Below, in pieces: positions 52,401 to 64,000 of a stretch of DNA of 64,000 nt (positions are counted from its first letter, which is position 1; every line of letters starts with the position of its first letter). The stretch is from the NCBI GenBank assembly GCA_945873815.1, contig CAMCEE010000005.1, positions 20,235 to 84,234 of the forward strand, read 5' to 3'. The notes beneath the pieces are model-generated. The model was not told the DNA's origin and did no database searches. It saw only the letters and a list, made by a program, of their open reading frames with translations. Source of the stretch: an uncultured Bacillales bacterium. GTDB lineage: Bacteria > Bacillota_I > Bacilli_A > RFN20 > CAG-449. A program made the translations under genes and the position numbers.

Positions 52401-52439
52401 AAGAAATTGTGAGATTCAAAAAAAGGAGTATTACTCAAA

Positions 52440-53738
52440 ATGAAAAAGAAAAAAGTAATTATTTTATCTTCTATATGTCTTGTTTTTCTTACATTATTAG
52501 GTTTTATTGGATATAATTTTTTCTTTGTTCCAAGTCAATTTAATCCACATCAATTAAACTATCGAGAAGAAAGAAAATTAAACGAAATTATTTCTAAAGA
52601 AGATGCCTTATATGATTTTGATGAATTAGTAAAACAAGTAGAGAATGTTCATCCTATATTTATCGATGGAACATTAGATAAAACATTCTATGAGATAGCT
52701 AAAAAAATGATAAGAAGTAAGATCTATCAATCTATGACTATTTTAGATTTTAAAGTTATTGCATCAAAATATATGACACTATTTAAAGATGGACATACTA
52801 AGTTTAGTTGGTATAATGCTAATAAGGTTTTAGATTGTGAAATTGATTATATTGATGGAAAGTTGGTCTTAATAAAAAATGATAAAAACTTAATTATCAC
52901 TGAATTTAATGGCAAACCAGTTGAAGAAGTGTATTCTTTTATTAATTCAATTCTTCCAAGTGAGAATGAAAGTGGAATAAAAGCTAATTATTCGTTTTAT
53001 TCAAAAGTTAAATCAGTTTTAGATATTGCTTTAGATATGGAAACAAATGATATTGAGTTTACTTTTGAAGATGGCACAAAAGAAATTTATCCATTTATTG
53101 ATTATGAAATCAATTATGAAACAAATAAATATTATTTTTTAGGTGATACTTTTATAGTAGATTTTAATGAATGTTATATTGATGAAAACTTACATGATAT
53201 TGTAAACAATATGAAAAAAGCAAAAGAAAATGGAACAAAGGATTTTATTATCGATGCTAGAAATAACCCAGGTGGTAATTCTAACGCTTGTAAGATGCTT
53301 TTAGAAGCATTAGATATGGAGGCACCAAAATATGGATTACTTACTAGATGTTCAAAAGAGGTTTCATATCAAATCGGATATTTGAAATCCTTTGGAACAT
53401 ATGAAACAAGTCCTTCAAATGTTGCTAAAAAGAATGAGAATATTAATCTTTATGCTTTATCAGATCGAAACACTTTTTCTTCTGCAACTATGTTACTTTG
53501 CTATATTAGAGATGGGCATTTAGGAACTATTATCGGTGAAGGAAGTGCGAATAAGCCTTGTTGTTATGGAGATATTTATCAATTCCAATTATCAAATTCA
53601 AATTTAATTGGTACAATATCTCATAAGAAGTTTCTTCGTCCTAGTGGCGATACAAGCGAAGATATGTTAGTTCCTGATTATATAACTTCATCTTCTAATG
53701 CCTTGAATAAAGCATTAGAATTGATTGACAAAGAGTAG
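52440..53738 (+). CDS. S41-family (tail-specific) peptidase, membrane anchored
   Basis: KDGHT, IIDARNNPGGNS, TFSSA, IIGE, LVPD; N-terminal TM. Confidence 0.88.
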   Translation: MKKKKVIILSSICLVFLTLLGFIGYNFFFVPSQFNPHQLNYREERKLNEIISKEDALYDFDELVKQVENVHPIFIDGTLDKTFYEIAKKMIRSKIYQSMTILDFKVIASKYMTLFKDGHTKFSWYNANKVLDCEIDYIDGKLVLIKNDKNLIITEFNGKPVEEVYSFINSILPSENESGIKANYSFYSKVKSVLDIALDMETNDIEFTFEDGTKEIYPFIDYEINYETNKYYFLGDTFIVDFNECYIDENLHDIVNNMKKAKENGTKDFIIDARNNPGGNSNACKMLLEALDMEAPKYGLLTRCSKEVSYQIGYLKSFGTYETSPSNVAKKNENINLYALSDRNTFSSATMLLCYIRDGHLGTIIGEGSANKPCCYGDIYQFQLSNSNLIGTISHKKFLRPSGDTSEDMLVPDYITSSSNALNKALELIDKE

Positions 53739-53742
53739 ATTT

Positions 53743-54117
53743 ATGGATGATTCAAAAAAGAAAGTAAAATTAACTATAAAATGGATATTAATAGTGTGTT
53801 TATCAGCATTTTTAATATCTTCATTTTGCTTTTTTATTGATATGATTTATATACCTTTAGGCTTTATTATTGGAATGATAATATCTATTATAAATCTAAT
53901 TATCCTATATGAGTTTTCATATTATTTAACTAGACCGAATTCTAATTATCGTTTCCTATCCTTTTTATCGTATTTTATTCGACTATTATTATATGGATTG
54001 GGTTTCTTTATCTGTATAATTCTTGAATATTACAATGTTAAAATTTTTTTCTGGGGTACATGTCTTGCTTCATATTTGTTTTCGATAGGGATTATAACTA
54101 TAATCTTTAGGAAATAA
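53743..54117 (+). CDS. atpI: ATP synthase protein I-like membrane protein
   Basis: Four TM, SYFIRLLLY motif, directly upstream of atpB. Confidence 0.65.
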   Translation: MDDSKKKVKLTIKWILIVCLSAFLISSFCFFIDMIYIPLGFIIGMIISIINLIILYEFSYYLTRPNSNYRFLSFLSYFIRLLLYGLGFFICIILEYYNVKIFFWGTCLASYLFSIGIITIIFRK

Positions 54118-54194
54118 ATTAAGTATGTCTTTAAAAGATAATGTATAGTGGAATATTTTATAATTATGATATATAATTATACAAGTGAGGTTAT

Positions 54195-55234
<1,040 letters not shown>

Positions 55235-55236
55235 TA

Positions 55237-55824
55237 ATGAAAAAGAAATTATTGCAATTTTCAGCAATTATAGTATCTTTATTCAGTTTAGTTTCCTGTA
55301 ATGGTCAACCTGTTGATCAAGAAAGCTTTGCTGAAAAGATGTTTGGTAGTTGGCAAGCATTATTGATTCAATTAGGCGCGACTCTAATCATGTTCTTGAT
55401 CGCTGGTAAGTTTTTAATGAAACCAGTAAGAGAAATCTTAAGAAAAAGACAAGAATATGTTATGAAACAAATATCTGATGCTGAAGATACTAAAAAAGAA
55501 GCAGAATTGAAAAACAAAGAAGCTGATGAAAGAATCATTGATTTAAATCGTCAAGCAAAGGAGATTCTTGATTCTGCGAAGAAAAGTGCTGATGATATGA
55601 AGAAAAAAGCAAGTGAAGAAATTGCATCTGAAAATATGCATCAAAAACAATTACTTGCAAAACAATTAGAACAAGAAAAAGAGAAAGCAAAAGAAGAAAT
55701 TCGTAAAGAAATTATTGATGTTGCTCTTGTTGCTTCTAGTTCAATTTTAAAAAGAGAAGTTAATGAGAAAGACAATAAAAAAATCATTGATGATTTTATA
55801 AAGGAAGTTGATGCAAATGACTAA
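55237..55824 (+). CDS. atpF: ATP synthase F0 subunit b with lipoprotein-type N-terminal extension
   Basis: Signal plus LVS-C, TM, KP...IL.KR, coiled coil, D..II..FI. Confidence 0.92.
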   Translation: MKKKLLQFSAIIVSLFSLVSCNGQPVDQESFAEKMFGSWQALLIQLGATLIMFLIAGKFLMKPVREILRKRQEYVMKQISDAEDTKKEAELKNKEADERIIDLNRQAKEILDSAKKSADDMKKKASEEIASENMHQKQLLAKQLEQEKEKAKEEIRKEIIDVALVASSSILKREVNEKDNKKIIDDFIKEVDAND

Positions 55825-56353
55825 TTTAGGAAAAAGATATGCATCAGCACTTTTGAGTATTGCTGTTCAAGAAGAGAAAAATGAGGAATATCGTGAATAT
55901 GTTAAGATGATCATTAGTATATTGGATGAAGATGATAGTTTAATTAGACTTCTTGATTCAGCTAATCTTACTAAGGATGAAAAAAAGGCCATTATTGATA
56001 ATGTCTTCCATTCTTTCCCTTATGAGAATGTAAAGAACACTTTAAAAGTTATTATCGATAATGGGCGAAGCAGATATATAAAAGATATATTGAATGCATT
56101 TGTATCCTTATCTAACGCAAAAGATGGTATTTCGGAAGGATTTATCTATTCTGCACAAAAACTAACAAAAGAAGAAATTGAAAGAATAAGTTCTTCAATT
56201 AGCAAAAAAATTGGTAAAAAAGTATATTTACTTCCAAAGATTGATGAAGAATTAATCGGTGGTTTTAAAATAGTAATCGATGATTATGTATTCGATACTT
56301 CTATTCTTCATAAAATCGAAGAATTGAAATCGTCATTGATAGAAAGGAATTAA
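55817..56353 (+). CDS. atpH: ATP synthase F1 subunit delta
   Basis: KRYASALL, IDEELIGGF....D.S; operon position. Confidence 0.93.
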   Translation: MTNLGKRYASALLSIAVQEEKNEEYREYVKMIISILDEDDSLIRLLDSANLTKDEKKAIIDNVFHSFPYENVKNTLKVIIDNGRSRYIKDILNAFVSLSNAKDGISEGFIYSAQKLTKEEIERISSSISKKIGKKVYLLPKIDEELIGGFKIVIDDYVFDTSILHKIEELKSSLIERN

Positions 56354-56356
56354 GAT

Positions 56357-57871
56357 ATGATTATCAAACCAAATGAAATATCAGAATTGATTAAAGAGCA
56401 AATTAAATCATATTCACATAAACTAGAAACAACGGACGTTGGAAGCGTAGTTTCTGTTGGCGATGGTGTTGCAACTGTATATGGTTTAGATAATTGTATG
56501 CTCAATGAATTACTAGAATTTCCAAATGGAATATATGGTATGGCCCTCAATTTGAATGAAAGTTCGGTTGGTGTAGTTATGCTTGGCGAAGATCGTCTTA
56601 TTCGTGAAGGTGACATCGTTAAAAGAACAGGTAAAGTCGTTGAAGTACCAGTTGGAGATAATATGCTTGGACGTGTGGTAAATGCCCTTGGCCAACCAAT
56701 TGATGGACTAGGCCCTATTTCTACAACTAAAACTCGCCCAATTGAAAGAATTGCTCCTGGAGTAATGACTCGTAAAAGTGTTTCAACTCCTCTTCAAACA
56801 GGTATTAAAGCAATCGATGCGATGATTCCTATAGGTAGAGGACAAAGAGAACTAATTATCGGTGATCGTCAAACTGGGAAAACCGCAATTGCAATTGATA
56901 CAATTTTGAATCAAAAAGGGAAGAATTGTTTATGTATTTATGTAGCAATTGGACAAAAGAATTCAACTGTTGCTCATATTGTTGAAAGATTAAAGAATGC
57001 TGGAGCAATGGAATATACAACCGTTGTATCTGCTACTGCATCCGAATTAGCTCCTTTACAATATTTGGCTCCATATTCAGGAGTAACAATTGCGGAAGAA
57101 TGGATGGAAAGTGGAAAAGATTGCTTGATTGTATATGATGATTTATCAAAGCATGCAGTTGCTTATAGAACAATCGCATTACTTTTAAGAAGAGCACCAG
57201 GAAGAGAAGCTTATCCTGGAGATGTTTTCTATCTTCATAGTAGATTACTTGAAAGAGCATGTAGAGTCGATGAAAAAAATGGTGGTGGATCAATTACTGC
57301 TTTACCAATTATTGAAACGCAAGCTGGTGATATATCTGCTTATATTCCGACAAATGTTATTTCTATCACAGATGGACAAATATTTTTGCAAACAGAATTA
57401 TTTAATGCTGGACAAAGACCTGCAGTTGATTCTGGTTTAAGCGTTAGCCGTGTAGGTAGTGCAGCTCAAATTAAAGCGATGAAACAAGTTGCTGGATCTT
57501 TGAAAATCGAACTTGCAAACTATCGTGAGTTACAAGCTTTCTCACAATTTGGCTCAGATTTAGATGCGGAAACAAAACGCGTATTAGTTCATGGTGAGAA
57601 ACTCATGGAAGTATTAAAACAAAATCAATATGATCCATTTGATGTTAATCGTCAAATAATCGAATTATTTATCGCTAAAAATTATTTGATTGATGATATT
57701 GAAACGAACAAAATTCAATCACTTTTATCGTCAATTTATGATGATATTTCGATTAATCATAAGGAAATCATTGATGAATTAGTCGAAAAGAAGATTATTT
57801 CAAAAGAATTAGAATCTAAAATTCTCACTATATGTAAAGAACTTGTTAATAAATATAAAGAGATTATTTAA
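56357..57871 (+). CDS. atpA: ATP synthase F1 subunit alpha
   Basis: [28 protein letters not shown]. Confidence 0.99.
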   Translation: MIIKPNEISELIKEQIKSYSHKLETTDVGSVVSVGDGVATVYGLDNCMLNELLEFPNGIYGMALNLNESSVGVVMLGEDRLIREGDIVKRTGKVVEVPVGDNMLGRVVNALGQPIDGLGPISTTKTRPIERIAPGVMTRKSVSTPLQTGIKAIDAMIPIGRGQRELIIGDRQTGKTAIAIDTILNQKGKNCLCIYVAIGQKNSTVAHIVERLKNAGAMEYTTVVSATASELAPLQYLAPYSGVTIAEEWMESGKDCLIVYDDLSKHAVAYRTIALLLRRAPGREAYPGDVFYLHSRLLERACRVDEKNGGGSITALPIIETQAGDISAYIPTNVISITDGQIFLQTELFNAGQRPAVDSGLSVSRVGSAAQIKAMKQVAGSLKIELANYRELQAFSQFGSDLDAETKRVLVHGEKLMEVLKQNQYDPFDVNRQIIELFIAKNYLIDDIETNKIQSLLSSIYDDISINHKEIIDELVEKKIISKELESKILTICKELVNKYKEII

Positions 57872-57885
57872 AGAGGATTATCAGC

Positions 57886-58746
57886 ATGTCTTTAGGCTTA
57901 CAAGCGACAAAAAGAAGAATTTCTAGCGTTAATAATACGAAAAAGATTACTAATGCGATGAAGTTAGTCGCAACTTCTAAATTGAGAATATGGAAGAATA
58001 AACTTGGTGGAACGAGTGTTTATGCTTCAACATTACACCATCTAATGGGTGTTCTTTCATTATGCGTAGGAAAGGAAAATCTTAAGGCAGTATATCCATA
58101 TGATGAAACTGTAGATTCTACTTTATATATTATTATTACTTCTTCTTTAGGACTTTGCGGCGGATATAATTATGGAGTTTATAAATTAGCTCAAAAGCAA
58201 ATTGATAAAAGTAAAGATAAGGTTGTTGTTATTGGAACAAAAGGATATTCTTATTTTAATAAGAATAAATATAATGTAGATGATAAATTTGTCAATTTAT
58301 TAAATGATTATGATTTACAAAAAGTAAGAGAATTACGTAACTACGTTATGTCTTTACTTGATAATCGAAAAGTTAGTAAAGTAAGAATCATATATACTTC
58401 ATTCATTAATTCGATTACCTTTATACCAAAATGTGAAGATGTATTTCCGCTTACAAATATTGATGGGGAAGAACCTACGCAAAAAGAAAAAGATATGCTT
58501 ATTGAACCAAATCCAGAGATTGTCTTAAAAAACATTATCCCTTTATACATTGAGAGTTTAATAAATGGGAGAATAATCGAATCATCTGTTTCTGAACAAG
58601 CCTCGAGATCTAATGCGATGGATTCAGCAACAGATAATGCAAAAGATATATTAAGTAAATTACAAATTCAATATAATAAAGCCCGTCAACAAGCAATTAC
58701 TCAAGAGATTACGGAAATTGTTGGTGGAGCAAATGCACAAGAATAG
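57886..58746 (+). CDS. atpG: ATP synthase F1 subunit gamma
   Basis: KITNAMKLVA, GLCGGYN, NKARQQAITQEITEIVGGA. Confidence 0.98.
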   Translation: MSLGLQATKRRISSVNNTKKITNAMKLVATSKLRIWKNKLGGTSVYASTLHHLMGVLSLCVGKENLKAVYPYDETVDSTLYIIITSSLGLCGGYNYGVYKLAQKQIDKSKDKVVVIGTKGYSYFNKNKYNVDDKFVNLLNDYDLQKVRELRNYVMSLLDNRKVSKVRIIYTSFINSITFIPKCEDVFPLTNIDGEEPTQKEKDMLIEPNPEIVLKNIIPLYIESLINGRIIESSVSEQASRSNAMDSATDNAKDILSKLQIQYNKARQQAITQEITEIVGGANAQE

Positions 58747-60156
<1,410 letters not shown>

Positions 60157-60159
60157 TTT

Positions 60160-60573
60160 ATGGATAATAATTCGAATTGCATTAAATTACGTGTTACTAG
60201 CCCTGAAGGAATTCAATATGAGGCTAATATTAGAAGCCTACATATTAAATCGATTGATGGAGAATTAACAATTCTTCCAAAACATTTTCCTTTACTTACT
60301 AACGTTGTTGTATCAATATGTCATTTCATTGAAGATAATAATATAGTTGAAGCTTATGTTGGAGATGGAATAATGCACGTAAGTGAGAATATGATAGAAC
60401 TTATTGTTGAAGCATTTACACTTAAAAATGACATCGACATTGAAAGAGCGAGAAAAGCAAAAGAAAGAGCAGAGGAACGATTAAATAGTTTAGATCCTTC
60501 GATTGATAAAATCCGTGCTCATAAAGCACTTGTTAGAGCAGAAGCTCGAATTAGTTTATGGGAGAAAAAATAA
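60160..60573 (+). CDS. atpC: ATP synthase F1 subunit epsilon
   Basis: GELTILPKH.P, IDIERARKAKERAEERL. Confidence 0.95.
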   Translation: MDNNSNCIKLRVTSPEGIQYEANIRSLHIKSIDGELTILPKHFPLLTNVVVSICHFIEDNNIVEAYVGDGIMHVSENMIELIVEAFTLKNDIDIERARKAKERAEERLNSLDPSIDKIRAHKALVRAEARISLWEKK

Positions 60574-60574
60574 T

Positions 60575-61495
60575 ATGAAAGAAGAAATGAGTAATTATTT
60601 AAATAAACTACTAAGTTTTAAAGAAAGAGAATCTAGAAAATTCATTTCAATAAACAATATTTTTAAATCTAAAATTTTTCTTTCTTTCATTATTTTATAT
60701 ATTGCCTATAATGTTTTTTCATTATCATCATATATTATTAATATCGTGCAAAATCCAACAAATTCTTCATTTGTTATTTCACAAATTATTTCTATTTTAC
60801 TTAGTTCAATCATTCCAATCTTTTTTGCTAGATTATTGATTTTGCAACATATTAATTTAAAAAAAGATGAAAATGCTTATAATCCAGTCTTTAAAAGAAC
60901 ATTATCCATCGTTAAATTTGCAAAAACATTATTGATATTTGTTGGAATTATAACTCTAATCTGTGGTATCTTTTATTTATATCTTTCTTCAGCTATTCAA
61001 TTATCTGATGAATTATATGAATATTATTATAGTTTAGGCTTTACAAATGAAGATATTCTTGCAATAAAAAATTCAGGGTATTCTTATATTATTACTTCTA
61101 TTTTTAATTTGTCATTAGCATTTTCTTTTTCTCGAATTGCGAAAACTATGGTAGCTTCTGTTATTTTAGATCAAACATTCGAACAAGATTTAAATACGAA
61201 TACTTTGATTTCTATTGTTATCATATCATTATTTGCTTTATTTAATCTATTAAGTACAATCTTATCGTTTTGTGGAATAGAATCAATCATATCACCATAC
61301 CCAATTATAAAATTCGATGCATATAGCATATTATATATTATTGGTTCTATTATTTATATCGCTTATATGATTATTGGAATTATCATCTTAATAAAGATAA
61401 AAAGTGCAATATTCAATAATGAGGGCTCAACCAATCCTCTATATGGCAATGATGTTTATACAATTAATTTAGATGATAATAAAACTAATGAATAA
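60575..61495 (+). CDS. Hypothetical multi-pass membrane protein
   Basis: About six hydrophobic helices; starts 1 nt after the atpC stop. Confidence 0.7.
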   Translation: MKEEMSNYLNKLLSFKERESRKFISINNIFKSKIFLSFIILYIAYNVFSLSSYIINIVQNPTNSSFVISQIISILLSSIIPIFFARLLILQHINLKKDENAYNPVFKRTLSIVKFAKTLLIFVGIITLICGIFYLYLSSAIQLSDELYEYYYSLGFTNEDILAIKNSGYSYIITSIFNLSLAFSFSRIAKTMVASVILDQTFEQDLNTNTLISIVIISLFALFNLLSTILSFCGIESIISPYPIIKFDAYSILYIIGSIIYIAYMIIGIIILIKIKSAIFNNEGSTNPLYGNDVYTINLDDNKTNE

Positions 61496-61518
61496 AATAA
61501 ATGAATTTATGGGTTATC

Positions 61519-61550
61519 AAGGACAAACTTACTTGTGTTTGTCCTTTTTT
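61519..61550 (+). terminator. Terminator after atp operon
   Basis: AAGGACAAAC-N8-GTTTGTCCTT followed by a T run. Confidence 0.85.
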
Positions 61551-61684
61551 CTAGGTTTAAAATGACCTATTTTATCATTTTTTGTTTTGGCTAGTATATC
61601 TCCTTGTTTTTTTGTTTGAACACTAATTATAAGACAGGTATATACTTTTTTTAATTTTAAAGATTTTAGATACTAATTTGCATC

Positions 61685-61731
61685 AAAAAAATGTGGGGGT
61701 AAAAGAACCCATAAAATTCTTTATCCCACAT
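61685..61731 (-). terminator. Probable terminator for pyk-glucokinase transcript
   Basis: On the minus strand ATGTGGG...CCCACAT long imperfect hairpin followed by a T run. Confidence 0.55.
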
Positions 61732-61791
61732 CTAAACCATTTTTAAATCTATAGAATCTTTTAATAAACGAATCAATTTTTATTTTGATTT

Positions 61792-62649
61792 TTATTGAAT
61801 TGCAAATGCGACGGATACTCCACCCATCAATCCAGCATCTTGATCAAATTTAGCAAGAACTAATTTGATACGTTTTAATGGGAATGTTGCGATAATATCA
61901 TTCGCACGTTTTTCTAAGTCTTCAAAGAAGTATTTTGAAGATTTCATAACTCCTCCAGAGAGAACAATTTTATCTAGATTGAATTCCATTTGTGTGTTTG
62001 CTAGGAATAATGATACTAAAGTTATCCATTCTTCATACACTTTATGAGCAATCTCATTTGTATCTTTCATTTCAAACATCATTCCTGCATGAGGAATATC
62101 TAATCCGAGTTCCTTACATGATTTAACAATACCATTTCCAGAACATTTGTTTTCAAATTTGACGAGCTTTCCGTCTATTAACATTGAAGTATGACCGATT
62201 TCAAAAGCTAAATCAACCATCTTATGATCATAGATTAAGCATCCTCCAATTCCTGTAGAGATTGTGATAAAATACGAATCTCTTGCATCCTTTGTTGCTC
62301 CAAATGAAGCTTCAGCAAGAGCAGTGCAATTCGCATCATTTTTGATTTCGACTTTAAATCCATATCTTTTTTCAAGCATAGCTTTCAAATCAAAATCCTT
62401 TATACCTAAATTAGGCAAAATCCTTACTACATCGTGTTCTACAAGCCCACAAGCTGATATTCCTACTCGATCGATATTGTATTTTTTATAATCGAGGGAA
62501 TCTATCATACGACAGATTTGATTGAATAAGCCTTCTTTATCATTTTTTGTCGTTGGTTCACGTCTAACATCTAATATTTCAAGATTTTCATTAACAATAC
62601 CAATTCTTAAATTTGTTCCACCCAAATCGATTGACATTACATTTTTCAT
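61792..62649 (-). CDS. ROK-family sugar kinase (glucokinase-like)
   Basis: IDLGGTN, NDANCTALAE, ISTGIGG, EIGH. Confidence 0.9.
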   Translation of the reverse strand: MKNVMSIDLGGTNLRIGIVNENLEILDVRREPTTKNDKEGLFNQICRMIDSLDYKKYNIDRVGISACGLVEHDVVRILPNLGIKDFDLKAMLEKRYGFKVEIKNDANCTALAEASFGATKDARDSYFITISTGIGGCLIYDHKMVDLAFEIGHTSMLIDGKLVKFENKCSGNGIVKSCKELGLDIPHAGMMFEMKDTNEIAHKVYEEWITLVSLFLANTQMEFNLDKIVLSGGVMKSSKYFFEDLEKRANDIIATFPLKRIKLVLAKFDQDAGLMGGVSVAFAIQ

Positions 62650-62652
62650 ATT

Positions 62653-64000
62653 CTATTCCACCTCTTTAATCTTGTTTACTGTGATAATCTTCATAAAGTT
62701 TGTTTTTCCGGTTCCCGTTGGTGTTCCACCAGTTAAAATTATTTGAGAACCTGGTTCTATTCCTAATTCTCGGGCTTTTAATAAAGCAAGAACTTCCATT
62801 TCTTCGATGAATTGAGGAATATATGGAATGTATACAGGATAGACTCCCCATTTCATACAATTTGATTTGCAGACGGATAAATCATTTGATACAGAAATAA
62901 TAGGGCAAGATGGACGAGCTTTTGATAAACGAGAGATCGTATCATTATTTTCGGTTAAGCATACGATTAATTTTGCTCCAATTAATAGAGCAGTAGTTGC
63001 AACGGAATTTGATATCGCATCACTATTGCTTTTATCTGATGTTTCAAATGCTTCTTTTGCTAGACGATCATATGGAAGATAATCCTCAATCTTGTTCGAG
63101 ATTTTTGCTTGCATTGCACAAGCTTCAACTGGATATTCTCCAGATGCTGATTCTGCGCTTAACATTACGCAATCAGTTCCCATTAATACTGCATTTGCAA
63201 CATCGGAAACTTCTGCTCTAGTAGGATTTGGATTAGTTTTCATCGATTCTAGCATTTGTGTTGCTGTAATAACTGGTTTTCCTGCCTTATGTGATTTTTC
63301 AATTAGAGTTCTTTGTACAACAGGAACTTCTTCACTTGGAATTTCTACTCCTAAATCACCTCTTGCAACCATAATACCATCTGAAGATTCGATGATATCA
63401 TCGATATTTTCAAGTGCGATAGGATTTTCAATTTTTGAGATGATTTTTATATCCTCACGTCCATTATCTTTAAGGATTTTTCTAATATCTAGTATATCTT
63501 GTTTAGTTCTAACAAATGATGCTGCGATAAATGATACATCATGTTTACATCCCCAAACTATGTCGTTATAGTCTTTTTCTGATATATAATCCATGTTGAT
63601 TTTGGTATCAGGACAATTCACTCCACGCGTATTCTTGATTACATGATGATTTAATGCCTTACAAATTAATTCGCGTTTTTCTTCATCTTTACTAGTAACA
63701 ACAAGAGTAAGATTTCCATCGTCGAGTTTGATGCGATCACCAATCTTGCAATCATCGTATAGTTTATCGTAAGTTACTGATAATAATTCACTTGTACCAA
63801 GAACTTCTTTCATTGATATTCTAACAATTTGATCTGTTTTAATTAAACAAGAACCATTAACAAAAGAATGAGTTCTTATTTCTGGACCTTTTGTATCGAG
63901 CATTATTGGAATGATTATTTTATGATCTTTCCATAATTTATTTGCAATATCGATTTTTTTTAAATGTTCTTCATAAGATCCATGAGAAAAATTTATTCTC
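62653..64000 (-). CDS. pyk: Pyruvate kinase (5' end beyond window)
   Basis: RINFSHG in frame up to the window edge, LDTKGPEIR, KIEN, MVARGDLGVE, TATQMLESM, PTRAEVSDVANA. Confidence 0.98.
   Translation of the reverse strand, partial: RINFSHGSYEEHLKKIDIANKLWKDHKIIIPIMLDTKGPEIRTHSFVNGSCLIKTDQIVRISMKEVLGTSELLSVTYDKLYDDCKIGDRIKLDDGNLTLVVTSKDEEKRELICKALNHHVIKNTRGVNCPDTKINMDYISEKDYNDIVWGCKHDVSFIAASFVRTKQDILDIRKILKDNGREDIKIISKIENPIALENIDDIIESSDGIMVARGDLGVEIPSEEVPVVQRTLIEKSHKAGKPVITATQMLESMKTNPNPTRAEVSDVANAVLMGTDCVMLSAESASGEYPVEACAMQAKISNKIEDYLPYDRLAKEAFETSDKSNSDAISNSVATTALLIGAKLIVCLTENNDTISRLSKARPSCPIISVSNDLSVCKSNCMKWGVYPVYIPYIPQFIEEMEVLALLKARELGIEPGSQIILTGGTPTGTGKTNFMKIITVNKIKEVE

Noticed and set aside
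61500..61760. Possible MITE, sRNA or gene remnant (GAATTTATGGGTT near 61503 inverted against AACCCATAAAATTC near 61707; orphan TATAAT and AAGGAG on the minus strand)
   Set aside because: Short imperfect match, no target-site duplication, the SD is not followed by a usable ORF; explained adequately by two convergent terminators

Overview
AT-rich chromosomal window from a Bacillota genome, probably a Mollicutes-related Bacilli lineage (inferred from a lipoprotein-type ATP synthase b subunit; TGG=Trp and TGA used as stop). The left part is housekeeping: DinG-like nuclease-helicase, lepA, a degenerate Fic protein, hemW, a lysine-riboswitch-controlled amino-acid ABC transporter, and CIRCE-controlled hrcA-grpE-dnaK-dnaJ. 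The right part is also housekeeping: mgtE, three tRNAs, an S41 peptidase, the atp operon, ROK glucokinase and pyruvate kinase. Between them lies a tightly packed ~34 kb, 11-gene + strand cluster (16320-50386) that looks like an undescribed membrane machine. It encodes three membrane-anchored McrB-like AAA+ domains: two carry an essentially identical ~1.1 kb catalytic domain, and one is catalytically dead and fused to a dead GH3 glycosidase. It also encodes a nuclease-less DUF2357/McrC-like protein with a long coiled coil, two MBG-repeat surface proteins (1151 and 4246 aa), a BspA-type LRR protein, a CvpA-like protein with a novel helical repeat, and several membrane proteins. A second candidate novelty is a leader-peptide/alternative-hairpin attenuator upstream of mgtE. 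All family assignments were made by eye from motifs; no database searches were run.
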